The position numbers and the translations under genes were made by a program. From an uncultured Clostridia bacterium (GTDB taxonomy: Bacteria > Bacillota > Clostridia > TANB77 > CAG-508), in contig CAKPIG010000003.1 in NCBI GenBank assembly GCA_934162255.1, forward strand, positions 84,665-148,664: a DNA stretch of 64,000 nucleotides, in the 5' to 3' direction. Below are positions 9,375 to 19,028 of this stretch, in pieces (within the stretch, counting starts at the first letter, position 1; the number at the start of each line of letters is the position of its first letter). The notes beneath the pieces are model-generated. The model had not been told where the DNA came from. It saw only the letters and a program-made list of their open reading frames with translations, and did not search any database.

Positions 9375-10569
9375 TAGTATTATAATAATACTTTTCATAT
9401 CAATATTTATTTTATTAATTTATACACAATATAAAACTTATACTAAAAACTTCAATGAAAAGATAATTGATATATACAATATAATTGTTGAAAAATATCC
9501 AGAAGTAAGTAAAAATGATATAATTGAAATATTAAATAGTACCACAAAATTAAAAAATCGAGAAACTTTTAAAGAATATGGAATAGAAATTGATGAAGAT
9601 TCTCTTGTGTTAGTAAACAAACAAAAATTCATACAATTTATATCCATAGATGTTTTGATATTAATGTTTTTTATTGCAATAATATATTTATTATTTTATA
9701 AATACAATAAAGAAAGAACAAAGAAAATAGAAAAAATCACACAATATATTAGTGAAATAAATAATGGTAATTATAAACTAAAAATAGAAGAAAATAGAGA
9801 AGATGAAATATCTATATTACAAAATGAATTATATAAAACTACAGTAATGCTAAGAGAAGTTGCAGAAAATTCAAAAAATGATAAAATTAATTTGAAAAAT
9901 TCTTTGTCAGATATTTCACATCAACTAAAAACACCTCTAACAGCAATAACAATAATGGCAGATAATATTATAGAAAATAAAGATATGGAACCAGATATAA
10001 GAGAAGAATTTATGAAAGATATAAGAAGAGAAACAACTAATATAAAATTTCTAGTAGAATCTTTATTAAAGCTCTCAAAGCTTGACAGCAATTCTGTAAA
10101 ATTTATAAATGAAAAAGTAAAAGTAAAAGAAATAATAGAAGAAGCGGTCAAAAAAATATCTCCATTAAGCGATTTAAAAAACGTAATGATAAATACTGAT
10201 GGAAATGAAACAGATGAAATTGAATGTGATAAAAAATGGCAAATTGAAGCAATAACTAATGTATTGAAAAATTGCATAGAACATTCTAATTATAATAGTG
10301 CAATAAATATAAAATATGAACAGAATAATATGTATAATAAAATTGAAATACAAGATTTTGGAAGCGGAATAACAGCAGAAGATTTACCACATATATTTGA
10401 AAGATTTTATAAAGGAAAAAACTCTTCAAGTGAAAGTATAGGAATTGGTTTAGCATTAGCAAAATCAATTATAGAAAATAATAATGGATATATTAGTGTA
10501 GAATCAGAAATAGGTAAAGGAAGCAAATTTACAATAAAATATATTAGAAAAATATATAAAGTAACATAA
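9349..10569 (+). CDS. Sensor histidine kinase (two TM segments, roughly 70-aa external loop)
   Basis: H-box ISHQLKTPLTAI and G-box GIGLALAKSI. Overlaps the 3' end of the response regulator gene. Confidence 0.9.
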   Translation: MKKKRIITNSIIIILFISIFILLIYTQYKTYTKNFNEKIIDIYNIIVEKYPEVSKNDIIEILNSTTKLKNRETFKEYGIEIDEDSLVLVNKQKFIQFISIDVLILMFFIAIIYLLFYKYNKERTKKIEKITQYISEINNGNYKLKIEENREDEISILQNELYKTTVMLREVAENSKNDKINLKNSLSDISHQLKTPLTAITIMADNIIENKDMEPDIREEFMKDIRRETTNIKFLVESLLKLSKLDSNSVKFINEKVKVKEIIEEAVKKISPLSDLKNVMINTDGNETDEIECDKKWQIEAITNVLKNCIEHSNYNSAINIKYEQNNMYNKIEIQDFGSGITAEDLPHIFERFYKGKNSSSESIGIGLALAKSIIENNNGYISVESEIGKGSKFTIKYIRKIYKVT

Positions 10570-10587
10570 AAATTTAAGGAGGAGTAA

Positions 10588-11469
10588 ATGCAGCAAAACA
10601 TACCAGATTTTTTAGAAAGGTTATTAAAAGAACAATATGGACAAGACTTAACGGCAAATATATTAGAAGGATATTTATCAAAAAGAAAAACAACATTAAG
10701 AGTAAATATATTAAAGTCAAATAATGAAGAAGTAGAAAATGAATTAAAAATGAACAATATAAAATTTTCAAATGTCACATGGTATAAGCAAGGAATAATA
10801 ATTGAAAATGCAAGAGAAGATGAAATAAAAAAATTGAAAATATATGAAGAAGGAAAAATATATTTACAAAGTTTATCATCTATGATACCTGCAATAGTAG
10901 TAAATCCAAAAAATGATGAAAATATATTAGATATGGCAGCAGCACCAGGAGGCAAAACAACACAAATGGCAGCAATTTCTGATAATGGAGCAATGATAAC
11001 TGCATGTGAAAAGAACAAAATAAGGGCAGATAGATTAAAATATAATCTAGATAAACAAGGAGCAAGAAGAGTTAATGTAATACAACAAGACTCAAGAAAG
11101 TTAGATGACTTCCTAAAATTTGATAAAGTATTACTTGATGCACCATGTAGTGGAAGTGGAACAGCAAACATATTTGAAGAAAAGTTTACAGAAGAATTAA
11201 TAAATCGTTCAACAAAAATACAAGAAGAATTACTAAAAAAAGCAATTAATTTAACTAAAAAAGGTGGAGAAATAATATATTCAACATGTTCAATATTGGC
11301 AAAAGAAAATGAAAATATATTAGAAAAAATAATAGATAAAGTAGAAGTACAAAAAATAGAAAAATTAGAGCAAATACCACTTTTACATACCAAAATAAAA
11401 GGAACAATATGTATTGCACCAAATGAAAATTATGAAGGATTTTTTATAGCAAAATTAATAAAAAAATAG
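10588..11469 (+). CDS. RsmB/NOP2/Sun-family RNA m5C methyltransferase
   Basis: DMAAAPGGKT (SAM site), LLDAPCSGSG and YSTCS catalytic cysteines. AGGAGG RBS. Confidence 0.85.
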   Translation: MQQNIPDFLERLLKEQYGQDLTANILEGYLSKRKTTLRVNILKSNNEEVENELKMNNIKFSNVTWYKQGIIIENAREDEIKKLKIYEEGKIYLQSLSSMIPAIVVNPKNDENILDMAAAPGGKTTQMAAISDNGAMITACEKNKIRADRLKYNLDKQGARRVNVIQQDSRKLDDFLKFDKVLLDAPCSGSGTANIFEEKFTEELINRSTKIQEELLKKAINLTKKGGEIIYSTCSILAKENENILEKIIDKVEVQKIEKLEQIPLLHTKIKGTICIAPNENYEGFFIAKLIKK

Positions 11470-11479
11470 GAGAATAAAC

Positions 11480-13060
11480 ATGATAAGAATAAAAGATATC
11501 AAAATAAGAGAAAACTTATCAGATGAAGAAGTATTAAAAATAGCAATATCAAAGCAAAAAATAAAACAAGATGAAATAGAAGAATGGTACATATATAAAA
11601 AATCAATAGATGCGAGAAAAAAAGAAGATGTACATTATAATTATTCTTTCAATATAAAATTAAAAGATAAAAAAAGAGAAAGAAAATTCGAAAAAATAGA
11701 AGAAACATTTTTGACTCCAATAAAAGTATCAAGAAAAAGCAATTATAGACCAGTTATTGTAGGAACAGGTCCAGCAGGACTTTTTGCAGCATTAACATTG
11801 ATAGAAAATGGAATAAAACCAATAGTCCTAGAAAGAGGAAAAAAGGTAGAAGATAGAATAGAAGACGTAAACAATTTTAATCAAAACAGAAAAATTAATG
11901 TAAAATCAAATGTACAATTTGGAGAAGGCGGAGCAGGTACATTTTCAGACGGCAAACTAAATACAGGGAATACGAGTATATATTCTATGGAAGTCTTAAA
12001 GAAATTTGTTAAATTTGGTGCACCAGAAGAAATTTTATATACAGCAAAACCTCATATAGGAACAGATAATTTAGTTAAAATAGTAAGAAATATGCGAAAA
12101 TATATAAATGAAAATGGTGGAGAAATATTATTTGAAGAACAAATGACAGATTTAAAAATAGTAAATGAAAAAATAAAATCTGTAAAATGTTCAAAAGAAA
12201 TAGAAACAGACACAGTAATACTTGCAATAGGACATAGTGCAAGAGATACATTTAAAATGCTACAAGAAAAAGGAGTAGAACTCCAACCTAAGAATTTTGC
12301 TGTAGGTGTAAGAATTGAGCATTTACAAGAAGATATAAATAAAGCACAATATGGAGAAATTACGAATTTAAAATTACCACCAGCAGATTATAAACTAGTA
12401 TATCATGCTTCAAATGGAAGGACATGTTATACATTTTGCATGTGTCCCGGAGGTCAAGTAATAGCATCAAACTCAGAAGAAAATAGTATAGTAACAAATG
12501 GAATGAGCAATTTTGCAAGAGACGGAAAAAATTCTAACAGTGCACTACTTGTCAATATAAATGTAGAAGACTTTTTCAAAAAAGACTCATTAGATGGAAT
12601 GCTTTTTCAAGACGAATTAGAAAGAAAAGCTTTTGAGCTAGGAGGTTCAAATTATAATGCACCAATACAAAGAGTAGAAGACTTTATATTAAATAAAAAA
12701 ACAGAAAAATTAGGTGAAATAGAACCAACATATAAACCAGGAGTTACAATGGCGAACCTTAACGAAATTTTGCCACAATATATATCAGAAACAATGAAAG
12801 AAGCACTTGAAAATTTAAACAAAAAACTAGTAGGATTTGCAGACAAAGATGCAATACTTACAGCTGTAGAAACAAGAAGTTCATCACCAGTACAGATTAC
12901 AAGAAATAAAGAGACACTAAATTCAGTAAATGTACAAGGATTATATCCTTGTGGAGAAGGCGCAGGATATGCAGGAGGAATAATGACTGCAGCAATAGAT
13001 GGAATAAAGTGTGCAATAAAAGTTTTGGAAGGAGATACAAATGAAATATCTAATAATTGA
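11480..13060 (+). CDS. FAD-dependent protein (COG2509-like oxidoreductase)
   Basis: Rossmann motif VIVGTGPAGLFAAL and C-terminal GLYPCGEGAGYAGGI. Confidence 0.75.
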   Translation: MIRIKDIKIRENLSDEEVLKIAISKQKIKQDEIEEWYIYKKSIDARKKEDVHYNYSFNIKLKDKKRERKFEKIEETFLTPIKVSRKSNYRPVIVGTGPAGLFAALTLIENGIKPIVLERGKKVEDRIEDVNNFNQNRKINVKSNVQFGEGGAGTFSDGKLNTGNTSIYSMEVLKKFVKFGAPEEILYTAKPHIGTDNLVKIVRNMRKYINENGGEILFEEQMTDLKIVNEKIKSVKCSKEIETDTVILAIGHSARDTFKMLQEKGVELQPKNFAVGVRIEHLQEDINKAQYGEITNLKLPPADYKLVYHASNGRTCYTFCMCPGGQVIASNSEENSIVTNGMSNFARDGKNSNSALLVNINVEDFFKKDSLDGMLFQDELERKAFELGGSNYNAPIQRVEDFILNKKTEKLGEIEPTYKPGVTMANLNEILPQYISETMKEALENLNKKLVGFADKDAILTAVETRSSSPVQITRNKETLNSVNVQGLYPCGEGAGYAGGIMTAAIDGIKCAIKVLEGDTNEISNN

Positions 13061-13763
13061 TGAAAGAATGAGAGAAATAGAAAAAGAATATTTTAAAATG
13101 ATGGGATATCAATTAATTGAAATTGAAACAAGTGAAGAAGTATATCAAGAAATTTCAGCTCATGTAGATATATTTGCATGTAAAGTTGGAAATGAAGTAA
13201 TTATAGAGCCAACTCAATATATAAGAATGCCTAAACTACCATGGATAATTTCAGGAATTAATAATGTAGAAAGAGAATATCCATTTGACATAAAGTATAA
13301 TGTGTGCACGATTGGGAAAAAAGCTTTTCACCTATTTAGATATACAGACACAAAAATACAACAAGAATTAATAAAAAATGGTTATGAGCTAATAAACACA
13401 ACACAGGGTTATACAAACTGTTCAATTGCAGTAATAGATGGTAATTCTGCAATAGTAACAGATAAAGGCTTATATCAAATTCTAAAGAAAGAAGGAATAG
13501 ATGTATTATATTTAGAAGATGAGCTAGATATAAAATTATTTAAAGGAATGAGATATAGTGAGAAAAAAGGATTTATAGGAGGATGTATCTCAAGAGTTGG
13601 CAACGACATAGTTGTATTTGGAGACCTAAATAAAATAGATTTACATGGAAAAATAAGAAAATTTATAGAAAGTAAAAATATTCAAATAGTAGACTTTGAA
13701 AATTTAGATGTAATAGACTATGGAGGAGTTATAGAAGTAAAAAGTGATTTGTCAACATTTTAA
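13041..13763 (+). CDS. Hypothetical protein
   Basis: AGGAG RBS; overlaps the upstream gene by 20 nt. Only weak features recognised (HVDIF, GFIGGC). Confidence 0.6.
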   Translation: MKYLIIDERMREIEKEYFKMMGYQLIEIETSEEVYQEISAHVDIFACKVGNEVIIEPTQYIRMPKLPWIISGINNVEREYPFDIKYNVCTIGKKAFHLFRYTDTKIQQELIKNGYELINTTQGYTNCSIAVIDGNSAIVTDKGLYQILKKEGIDVLYLEDELDIKLFKGMRYSEKKGFIGGCISRVGNDIVVFGDLNKIDLHGKIRKFIESKNIQIVDFENLDVIDYGGVIEVKSDLSTF

Positions 13764-13851
13764 AAAAACTGAAAGAGAGAGAATAATTCAAAAAAACGAA
13801 GAAATAATATTGCTAATACGAAAAATTATAAAAATTTGAACTTAAATAAAG

Positions 13852-13880
13852 TTGCAATATCAAATTAACTGTGTTAATAT
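13852..13880 (+). promoter_or_regulatory. Sigma-A type promoter with extended -10
   Basis: TTGCAA at 13852-13857, 17-nt spacer, TGT-TAATAT ending at 13880. Confidence 0.55.
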
Positions 13881-13908
13881 ATGTATAACAATTAAATAGA
13901 GAAAAAAG

Positions 13909-14105
13909 AAATATCCTGCGTAGTTCGTGTAGCACAGAATTTTTAGAACCTACAAGTTTAAAGAGGGGCCGAATCCTTTGAGTATGGCGTGCAAGCTTAC
14001 ACCTGATGGTAGTAAGAAGCCCATGAGTATTCAAGTAGGCACCCACCTGTCGAAGACAGGTCCTTAAAAATTCAGGCAACTTACGGCTAAGGCGGGAATT
14101 TTTTT
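13909..14105 (+). ncRNA. ssrS: Structured rod-like RNA, most likely 6S RNA
   Basis: The 5' segment UCCUGCGUAGUUCGUGUAG pairs with the 3' segment CUUACGGCUAAGGCGGGA. A second long helix pairs GAAUUUUUAGAACCU with AGGUCCUUAAAAAUUC. At least four G-U pairs are valid only on the + strand. Local G+C is higher, and the RNA ends in a U7 tract. The overlapping minus-strand ORF has no RBS. Confidence 0.5.
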
Positions 14106-14111
14106 GTGAAA

Positions 14112-14152
14112 TTATAAAATAAAAGATGCCACGTCTTACTTACGACGTGGCA
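14112..14152 (-). terminator. Intrinsic terminator of the 14136-14540 gene
   Basis: TGCCACGTC / GACGTGGCA 9-bp stem overlapping the stop codon, followed on the minus strand by UCUUUUAUUU. Confidence 0.75.
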
Positions 14153-14540
14153 GTTTGAGAATATACCTATAATTTTTATTTAAACTATAGACCAAAATGA
14201 AAAGAATACTGACCCATACAGCTACTAGGATAGCAATAATAACAAATCTGATTGTCTGAGCCAGGTCGTTATAACCCAATTCAATCAAAAAGTGATTGAA
14301 AGGAGTTCTTGATGCAAACTCTTTAGTTTCGTTAATAACTCCATCATATTGAGCTTTTAGTTCATCTGTCCCTTCTTTACCATTTTTTTCTTCTGTTTCA
14401 ATGATGAAATGGCGTGAATCAGAAAGATCCGCTAATTCCAAACATGGAACTATGAAAAATATGGAAAGACAACACTCAATAGCCACTAGTAAAAGCATTT
14501 TCATGCTCCACTTTAAGATTTTCTTACTCCGTTTTCTCAT
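14136..14540 (-). CDS. Hypothetical membrane protein (134 aa)
   Basis: AGGAGG RBS. Hydrophobic segments at the N- and C-termini. Confidence 0.6.
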   Translation of the reverse strand: MRKRSKKILKWSMKMLLLVAIECCLSIFFIVPCLELADLSDSRHFIIETEEKNGKEGTDELKAQYDGVINETKEFASRTPFNHFLIELGYNDLAQTIRFVIIAILVAVWVSILFILVYSLNKNYRYILKLPRRK

Positions 14541-14689
14541 CTTGATATTCCTCCTAAAAATATTTATTTAAAAATACAACTTCTATTATAATATATATTT
14601 AAAACTGATGCAACTAATTTACTAAAAATCATTTCAAATTGAGTGAATATATGATAGAATAATCGAAGATAGAATAAATGGAGGAAGAA

Positions 14690-17600
14690 ATGTCAGAATT
14701 TGTACATTTACACATACATAGTGAATTTAGTTTATTAGATGGGGCAAATAGAATAAAAGACTTGCCAGTAAGGGCAAAGAAACTTGGAATGAAAGCAATG
14801 GCAATAACAGACCATGGCGTTATGTATGGTGCGATAGATTTTTATAAAGCATGTAAAAAAGAAGGAATAAAGCCAATAATTGGTTGTGAGGTATATGTTG
14901 CACCAAGAAGAAGGTTTGACAAAGAACCAGGAATAGATAATCATTATAACCATTTAATACTTTTAGCCAAAAATAATCAAGGATATAAAAACTTAAGTAA
15001 ATTAGTATCATTAGGATTTACAGAAGGATATTATTATAAACCAAGAATAGACCTAGAAATACTAGAAAAATATCATGAAGGACTAATCTGTTTAAGTGCA
15101 TGTCTTGCAGGAAGCGTAAATCAGGCATTGTTAAATGGTCAAAATGAAAAAGCAGAAGAAATTGCTTTATGGCATAAAAAAGTATTTGGAGAAGATTATT
15201 ATATTGAAATTCAAAATAATGGAATAAAAGAACAAGTATTGGCAAATCAAAAATTAATACAACTTGCAAGAAAACTAGACATTCCACTAGTCGCAACAAA
15301 TGATGCACATTATTTAAAAAGAGAAGATGCATATAATCATGAAATATTATTATGTATTCAAACAGGAAAAAGAATGAGTGATGAAGACAGAATGAAATTT
15401 GACACAGAAGAATTATATGTAAAATCACCAGAAGAAATGAGCGAATATTTTTCAGCATTTCCAGAAGCAATAGAAAATACTGTAAAAATTGCAGACAAAT
15501 GCAATGTGGAATTCGAGTTTGGACATACAATATTGCCTAATTATGATGTGCCACCAGAATATCCAACACATTATGATTTCTTAAAAAAATTATGTGATGA
15601 TGGACTAAAAAAGAGATATGGAGAAAATCCATCACAAGAAATATTAGATAGAGCAGAATATGAAATTGGAATAATAAAGAAAATGGGGTATGTGGACTAT
15701 TACTTAATAGTATGGGACTTTATACATTATGCTAAAAGTAATGGAATACCTGTAGGTCCAGGAAGAGGTTCAGGAGCAGGTTCAATCTTAGCATATGCAA
15801 TAGAAATAACAGATATAGACCCTATGAAATATGGACTACTTTTTGAAAGGTTTTTAAATCCAGAAAGAATAAGTATGCCAGACTTTGATGTAGACTTTTC
15901 AGATGTGGATAGACAAAAAGTAATTGACTATGTTTCAGAAAAATATGGACATGACCATGTTTCACAGATTATAACATTTGGAACAATGGCAGCTAAAATG
16001 GTAATAAGAGATGTTGCAAGAGTATTGGATTTTCCATATGCAGAAGCTGATAAATTGGCAAAAATGATTCCAACAGAAATACACATAACAATTCCAAAAG
16101 CCTTAGAACAAAATAAGGAATTAAAAGATTTATATGACAATGATGAACAAATACACAAATTATTAGATATAGCAATGGCACTAGAAGGAATGCCAAGACA
16201 GGCTTCAACACACGCCTGTGGTGTTGTAATAACAAAAGACCCAGTAGATACATATGTGCCACTATATGTAAGAGATAATCAGATTTCAACACAATATATA
16301 ATGACAACATTAGAAGAATTGGGACTTTTAAAAATGGATTTTCTTGGACTTAGAACACTTACTGTTATAAAAGACACAATTAATCTTGTAAAACAGAATA
16401 GAAGAATAGATGTAGAATTTGACCAAGAAATGTCAGACCCAAAAGTATATAAATTATGGCAAGATGGAAGCACATCAGGAATATTCCAATTTGAATCACA
16501 AGGAATGACAAACTTCATGAAAGAATTAAAACCAGACTGTTTAGAAGATTTAATAGCAGGAGTTTCTCTATATCGTCCAGGTCCAATGGATCAAATACCA
16601 AGATATATCAGAGGAAAACAAAATCCAGGTCATAATGAATATACACATCCAAGCCTAGAACCAATTTTAAATGTAACATATGGTTGTATGGTTTATCAAG
16701 AACAGGTTATGCAAGTAGTAAGAGACTTAGCTGGATATTCATTAGGAAGAGCAGACTTAGTACGTAGAGCAATGGGAAAGAAAAAGCTTGATGTAATGGC
16801 AAAAGAAAGAGAAGTATTTATAAATGGTCAAATAGATGAAAATGGAAATATTGAAGTACCAGGTTGCGTAAGAAATGGAATTGATGCAGAATCAGCAAAT
16901 AAAATATTTGACGAAATGGCAGAATTCGCAAAATACGCATTTAATAAATCACATGCTGCATGCTATGCAGTTGTAGCATATAGAACAGCATACTTAAAAG
17001 CATATTATCCTGCAGAATTTATGGCATCAATGCTGAACAGTTTTCTAGGAAATCTAGACAAAGTACCAGAATACATAGATGAATGCAAAAGAATGGGAAT
17101 AGAAATACTAAAACCAGACATAAACATGAGCTATAGTAAATTCACTGTAGAAAATGGAAAAATACGTTTTGGACTAGGAAGCATAAAAAATGTAGGTTTG
17201 CAACCAGTTGATAACATAATAAAAGAAAGAACTGAAAACGGCAAATTTACAGGATTTGCAGATTTTTGTGAAAGAATGGCAGGAGAATCTGTAAATAAAA
17301 AATGTATAGAAAGCTTAATAAAAGCGGGTACATTTTCAGAATTCCCAGAAACAAGAGCAACACTAATAGCTTCATTTGAAGGAATAATTGATGCAATACA
17401 ATCACATAACAAAAAAGGAATGAATGGTCAAGTATCAATGTTTGACTTAGGAAGTTTAAATGAAGAAACTAATTTAGATGAAATAAAATATAATTTTATA
17501 GAAAGACATGAATTAAATGAAAAAGAAATGTTGTCACTAGAAAAAGAAATGCTAGGAATATATGTATCAGGACATCCACTTGAAAAAATAAGAGAACAAA

Positions 17601-18178
17601 TAATAGAAAAAACAAATATTTCATCAGCAGATATGAGAAAAATTGATGAGCAAAACATGGCTGAAGAAGTAACAGAAAAAATACAATTTCATGATGGACA
17701 AACAGTAAAAATAGCAGGAGTAATAACATCTGTAAAAAAGAAATATACAAAAAACAATAAAATAATGGCATTTGTAAATATAGAAGACTTATATGGTTCA
17801 GCTGAAATAATAGTATTTGAGCCAACATATTTAAAAGCCCAAGATGTTCTTGTAGAAGAAAATATTGTTATGATAACAGGTAGACTTAGCATAAGAGAAG
17901 ATGATTCTACAAAAATTGTTGCACAAGAAATAAAAAATTTTAGAGAAGAAGAATCAAAAGTTTTTATTATAGATATTACTAATACCACAGAAGAACAAAA
18001 AGAAAAACTTAGAGGTGCAATAAAATTCTTTAATGGAGAACAAAATAATATTTGTGTAATGGTAAAAGTAGAAGAAGAATTAAAAAAGTGCGGAGCAATT
18101 TATTTAAATGAAGAAATACTAAACTTTTTCAAACAAATTGTAGGAAGTGAAAATTGTACATACAAAAAGACCAACTGA
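14690..18178 (+). CDS. dnaE: DNA polymerase III alpha subunit
   Basis: PHP motif FVHLHIHSEFSLLDG, then GPGRGSGAGS and FDVDF. About 1160 aa. An alternative in-frame start is at 14678. Confidence 0.95.
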   Translation: MSEFVHLHIHSEFSLLDGANRIKDLPVRAKKLGMKAMAITDHGVMYGAIDFYKACKKEGIKPIIGCEVYVAPRRRFDKEPGIDNHYNHLILLAKNNQGYKNLSKLVSLGFTEGYYYKPRIDLEILEKYHEGLICLSACLAGSVNQALLNGQNEKAEEIALWHKKVFGEDYYIEIQNNGIKEQVLANQKLIQLARKLDIPLVATNDAHYLKREDAYNHEILLCIQTGKRMSDEDRMKFDTEELYVKSPEEMSEYFSAFPEAIENTVKIADKCNVEFEFGHTILPNYDVPPEYPTHYDFLKKLCDDGLKKRYGENPSQEILDRAEYEIGIIKKMGYVDYYLIVWDFIHYAKSNGIPVGPGRGSGAGSILAYAIEITDIDPMKYGLLFERFLNPERISMPDFDVDFSDVDRQKVIDYVSEKYGHDHVSQIITFGTMAAKMVIRDVARVLDFPYAEADKLAKMIPTEIHITIPKALEQNKELKDLYDNDEQIHKLLDIAMALEGMPRQASTHACGVVITKDPVDTYVPLYVRDNQISTQYIMTTLEELGLLKMDFLGLRTLTVIKDTINLVKQNRRIDVEFDQEMSDPKVYKLWQDGSTSGIFQFESQGMTNFMKELKPDCLEDLIAGVSLYRPGPMDQIPRYIRGKQNPGHNEYTHPSLEPILNVTYGCMVYQEQVMQVVRDLAGYSLGRADLVRRAMGKKKLDVMAKEREVFINGQIDENGNIEVPGCVRNGIDAESANKIFDEMAEFAKYAFNKSHAACYAVVAYRTAYLKAYYPAEFMASMLNSFLGNLDKVPEYIDECKRMGIEILKPDINMSYSKFTVENGKIRFGLGSIKNVGLQPVDNIIKERTENGKFTGFADFCERMAGESVNKKCIESLIKAGTFSEFPETRATLIASFEGIIDAIQSHNKKGMNGQVSMFDLGSLNEETNLDEIKYNFIERHELNEKEMLSLEKEMLGIYVSGHPLEKIREQIIEKTNISSADMRKIDEQNMAEEVTEKIQFHDGQTVKIAGVITSVKKKYTKNNKIMAFVNIEDLYGSAEIIVFEPTYLKAQDVLVEENIVMITGRLSIREDDSTKIVAQEIKNFREEESKVFIIDITNTTEEQKEKLRGAIKFFNGEQNNICVMVKVEEELKKCGAIYLNEEILNFFKQIVGSENCTYKKTN

Positions 18179-18191
18179 TGTTGGCCTTTTT
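18166..18191 (+). terminator. Intrinsic terminator of dnaE
   Basis: AAAGACCAAC / GTTGGCCTTT stem with one mismatch. The loop contains the TGA stop. A T5 tract follows. Confidence 0.7.
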
Positions 18192-18219
18192 GTCGCTTAC
18201 AAAGTAGGAAACACCTACT

Positions 18220-18528
18220 TTATAAGCTAGGAGAAAACTTACAAAACATAGGTCTATATTTTGCATTGCTGAAACAAGGACTATGTTTTACAGTGAATCC
18301 AGCTTCACGTAAACCTTCCTCTACATCAAGAGGAAGAAGCCCAGTCTTGGGTAACGCCGGTGACAGAACTGCAATTTCACAAATTTCCTCGTTAGGAAGA
18401 GTACCTCTTAACCTAACACAATATTCAGAGAATCTTGTGCAATGAACTGTTGCATAGTCAGGAAAGAATTTTCCCCGAGAGATTGCATTTTTAACTGTTA
18501 CCATGTCCTTTACGACAATGTTCTTCAT
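18220..18528 (-). CDS. Hypothetical Cys-containing 102-aa protein
   Basis: GGAGGAAAAATCAATC-ATG RBS. G+C is visibly higher than the surroundings. No family recognised. Confidence 0.55.
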   Translation of the reverse strand: MKNIVVKDMVTVKNAISRGKFFPDYATVHCTRFSEYCVRLRGTLPNEEICEIAVLSPALPKTGLLPLDVEEGLREAGFTVKHSPCFSNAKYRPMFCKFSPSL

Positions 18529-18716
18529 GATTGATTTTTCCTCCTTTTTCTATAATCACTTAATCATGATACAATATAATTATACATCATTTTACATAAT
18601 ATGTCAAAGGAGAGAAAATTCAAATAATGCAAAATGTAATAAAAGCAAAAAAACTATTGAAGTTTGATGAAAATAATTATAAATTTTTAATTATTCAATA
18701 AATTTCACATTCATTG

Positions 18717-18745
18717 TTGACTAAAATAAAAAAATATGTTATAAC
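18717..18745 (+). promoter_or_regulatory. Sigma-A type promoter with extended -10
   Basis: TTGACT at 18717-18722, 17-nt spacer, TGT-TATAAC ending at 18745. It lies 14 nt upstream of the tRNA. Confidence 0.65.
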
Positions 18746-18759
18746 TAGAAAGTACTTAA

Positions 18760-18834
18760 GGCCCCTTGGTCAAGCGGTTAAGACGCCACCCTCTCAAGGT
18801 GGAATCATGGGTTCGATTCCCGTAGGGGTCACCA
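18760..18834 (+). tRNA. tRNA-Glu (anticodon CUC), CCA encoded
   Basis: Hand-folded cloverleaf. The 7-bp acceptor stem pairs GGCCCCU with AGGGGUC. The anticodon stem pairs CCACC with GGUGG, around the loop CU-CUC-AA. The T arm is AUGGG-UUCGAUU-CCCGU. The backbone is near-identical to Bacillus-type tRNA-Glu. Confidence 0.9.
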
Positions 18835-18839
18835 ATATA

Positions 18840-18928
18840 TTAAAAGGGAGTAGTTTTTTTATTGCTAGTCAACAGTCGCGATAGAAATATCTGGCTAGTA
18901 AGCTCTACAGAGTAAACGAGACTTTTAA
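18840..18928 (+). ncRNA. Candidate yybP-ykoY (Mn2+)-like riboswitch aptamer
   Basis: Outer helix UUAAAAG / CUUUUAA. GGGAGUAG and CGAGAC sit just inside it. A 10-bp stem (18862-18871 / 18892-18901) has a GAUA-GAAA-UAUC cap. The downstream gene is a P-type ATPase. Not verified with a covariance model. Confidence 0.35.
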
Positions 18929-18966
18929 AGATAGCTAATAAAAGCTTTCTTTAGGAGTCTTGTTTT
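18919..18966 (+). terminator. Intrinsic terminator (tRNA terminator and/or riboswitch expression platform)
   Basis: 18-bp stem 18919-18936 / 18943-18960 with one mismatch and two G-U pairs, loop AAUAAA, then UGUUUU. Confidence 0.75.
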
Positions 18967-19028
18967 AGTTATAAATTAGAAAAACTTGTATAAAATAAAG
19001 CTATATGGCTTGTGAAAGGAAGATACAA

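Noticed and set aside
3798-10569. Lasso-peptide or other RiPP cluster (small ORF + transglutaminase-like protease + ABC transporter + TCS)
   Set aside because: No lasso cyclase (Asn-synthetase-like), RRE/PqqD or other modifying enzyme is present. The small ORF has no recognisable core or leader features. The ABC/TCS block has its own promoter and looks like a separate sensing/efflux module.
10407-11393. 328-aa ORF antisense to the rRNA methyltransferase gene
   Set aside because: It is fully embedded opposite a gene with clear motifs. It has no RBS and its composition is dominated by F/S/I/L, as expected from the complement of purine-rich coding DNA. The same reasoning applies to 4426-4893, 29877-30338, 36421-36993, 39887-40279, 50613-51041 and 59243-59845.
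13813-14079. 88-aa minus-strand ORF
   Set aside because: It has no RBS. It overlaps a region whose extensive end-to-end base pairing, with + strand-specific G-U pairs, is better explained by a structured RNA.
13909-14105. SRP (scRNA), tmRNA or RNase P identity for the structured RNA
   Set aside because: GGGGCCGAAUCC resembles a segment I recall from B. subtilis scRNA. However, the universally conserved SRP domain IV motif (GGUCCGGAAGGAAGCAGC-like) is absent. There is no tRNA-like end or tag ORF for tmRNA, no GAGGAAAGUCC for RNase P, and the length is wrong for all three.
18529-18716. 24-codon ORF (ATG at 18627) between the orphan gene and the tRNA promoter
   Set aside because: The putative RBS is about 12 nt away, the peptide is low complexity, and there is no supporting feature.
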